Of a stretch of 64,000 nt of DNA, positions 62,959 to 64,000 are shown piece by piece. The DNA comes from Ruminococcaceae bacterium UBA1404 (lineage in GTDB: Bacteria; Bacillota; Clostridia; Oscillospirales; Ruminococcaceae), in contig DBQC01000022.1 in NCBI GenBank assembly GCA_002305075.1, positions 22,238 through 86,237 on the forward strand, read 5' to 3'. A program made the position numbers and the translations under genes. The first letter of the stretch is position 1; each line of letters begins with the position of its first letter. Below the pieces are notes generated by a model that was not told the DNA's origin, did no database searches, and saw nothing but the letters and a program-made list of their open reading frames with translations.

Positions 62959-64000
62959 TTAGATGACGCCTTGGGCCATCATGGCCTCGGCAATCTTCTT
63001 AAAGCCGGCCAGGTTGGCACCGGCCACCAGGTTGTAGCCCAGACCAAACTCGGCAGACGCTTCGGCGCAGGCCTTGTGGATGTTCACCATGATGGTGTGC
63101 AGCTTCTCGTCCACTTCGGGGCCACTCCAGCTCAGGCGCTGGCTGTTCTGGCTCATCTCGAGGCCGGAGGTGGCCACGCCACCGGCGTTAACCGCCTTGC
63201 TCGGGCCAACGATGAGACCGTTGTCCATGAGATAATCGAGCGCCTCGTTGGTGGTGGGCATATTGGAGACCTCGATGTAGTACTTGATGCCGTTCTTGAC
63301 CATCATCTCAGCCTCGGTCATGCCCACTTCGTTCTGGGTGGCGCAAGGCATGAGGATGTCGGCTTTGACGCCCCAGGGCTTCTCGCCGGGGAAGAACTTG
63401 GCATTGGGGAATTCCTTGACATAGTCGCCCACTCTGTCGTTGCCCGAGGCACGCAGAGCCAGCACGCATTTAATCTTGTCATCGCCGTAGATGCCCTCTT
63501 CGTCGAGCACATAGCCGTCGGGGCCGGAGATGGTGATAACCTTGGCACCCATCTGGTGGGCCTTAAGCAGCACGCCCCAGGCCACATTGCCAAAGCCGGA
63601 GATGGCAATGGTCTTGCCCTCGATGGTGTCGTTGTTGGCTTTGAGAACCTCGTTTAGGAAATAGACCGCGCCATAGCCGGTGGCCTCGGGACGGAACAGA
63701 GAGCCGCCGTAGCTGAGACCCTTGCCGGTGAGCACGCCGTTTTCCCAGACATTCTTAATGCGCTTGTACTGGCCGTAGAGGTAGCCAATTTCGCGGGCAG
63801 CCACGCCGATGTCGCCGGCGGGAACGTCCAGATCGGGGCCGATGTGGCGCCACAGCTCGGTCATGTAGGCCTGGCAGAAGCGCATGATCTCGCCGTCGGA
63901 CTTGCCGCGGGGGTCAAAGTCAGCGCCGCCCTTACCGCCGCCCATGGGCAGGCTGGTCAGGGAGTTCTTGAAGGTCTGCTCAAAGGCCAGGAACTTCATG
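62959..64000 (-). CDS. gdhA: NADP-specific glutamate dehydrogenase. The N-terminal part lies beyond the right edge.
   Basis: FEQTFKNSLT.LPMGGGKGG.DFDP.GKS..E..RFC and GFGNV.W motifs. The frame is open to the window end. Confidence 0.9.
   Translation of the reverse strand, partial: MKFLAFEQTFKNSLTSLPMGGGKGGADFDPRGKSDGEIMRFCQAYMTELWRHIGPDLDVPAGDIGVAAREIGYLYGQYKRIKNVWENGVLTGKGLSYGGSLFRPEATGYGAVYFLNEVLKANNDTIEGKTIAISGFGNVAWGVLLKAHQMGAKVITISGPDGYVLDEEGIYGDDKIKCVLALRASGNDRVGDYVKEFPNAKFFPGEKPWGVKADILMPCATQNEVGMTEAEMMVKNGIKYYIEVSNMPTTNEALDYLMDNGLIVGPSKAVNAGGVATSGLEMSQNSQRLSWSGPEVDEKLHTIMVNIHKACAEASAEFGLGYNLVAGANLAGFKKIAEAMMAQGVI

Overview
High-GC (~60%) chromosomal window that looks like a Clostridia-type gut anaerobe. 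The taxon is inferred only from gene content, SD usage and codon style. I found no tRNA or rRNA genes, CRISPR arrays, transposases or integrases.

Gene content from left to right:
- a CofE-like ligase homolog and the hybrid-cluster protein Hcp
- a complete citrate-lyase module: citXG divergent from citDEFC
- a pstSCAB-phoU-phoBR phosphate operon
- a cobalamin-riboswitch-controlled BtuCDF-like importer, convergent with a second riboswitch-controlled cbiD-L-F-G-H-J-ET-C block (anaerobic corrin ring pathway)
- an MFS transporter, hemerythrin, YibE/F protein and MBL hydrolase
- a NitT/TauT-type ABC transporter
- lexA divergent from mutY, then fosX, cca and a glycerate kinase
- a DtxR-like / LemA-like / TPM / PspA / Cys-rich envelope-stress cluster
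- an orphan Na+-decarboxylase beta subunit
- metG, tatD and a partial gdhA at the right edge

The outstanding region is 44.7-59.7 kb. It holds eight consecutive, intact, same-strand paralogs of an AbgB-type M20D amidohydrolase (475-484 aa each, in two clades), followed by an AbgT-family transporter and a DUF1893 gene.
- The array shows mosaic, near-identical DNA tracts alternating with a hypervariable cassette.
- It is cut into sub-operons by AT-rich spacers that carry their own promoters, twin palindromic operator-like sites and a long structured leader.
- I regard it as the best candidate for an undescribed system: a substrate-diversified amidohydrolase battery coupled to an AbgT importer.

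All functional calls come from motif recognition by eye, because no searches could be run. Many long antisense ORFs in the track are GC-driven shadow ORFs and were ignored.
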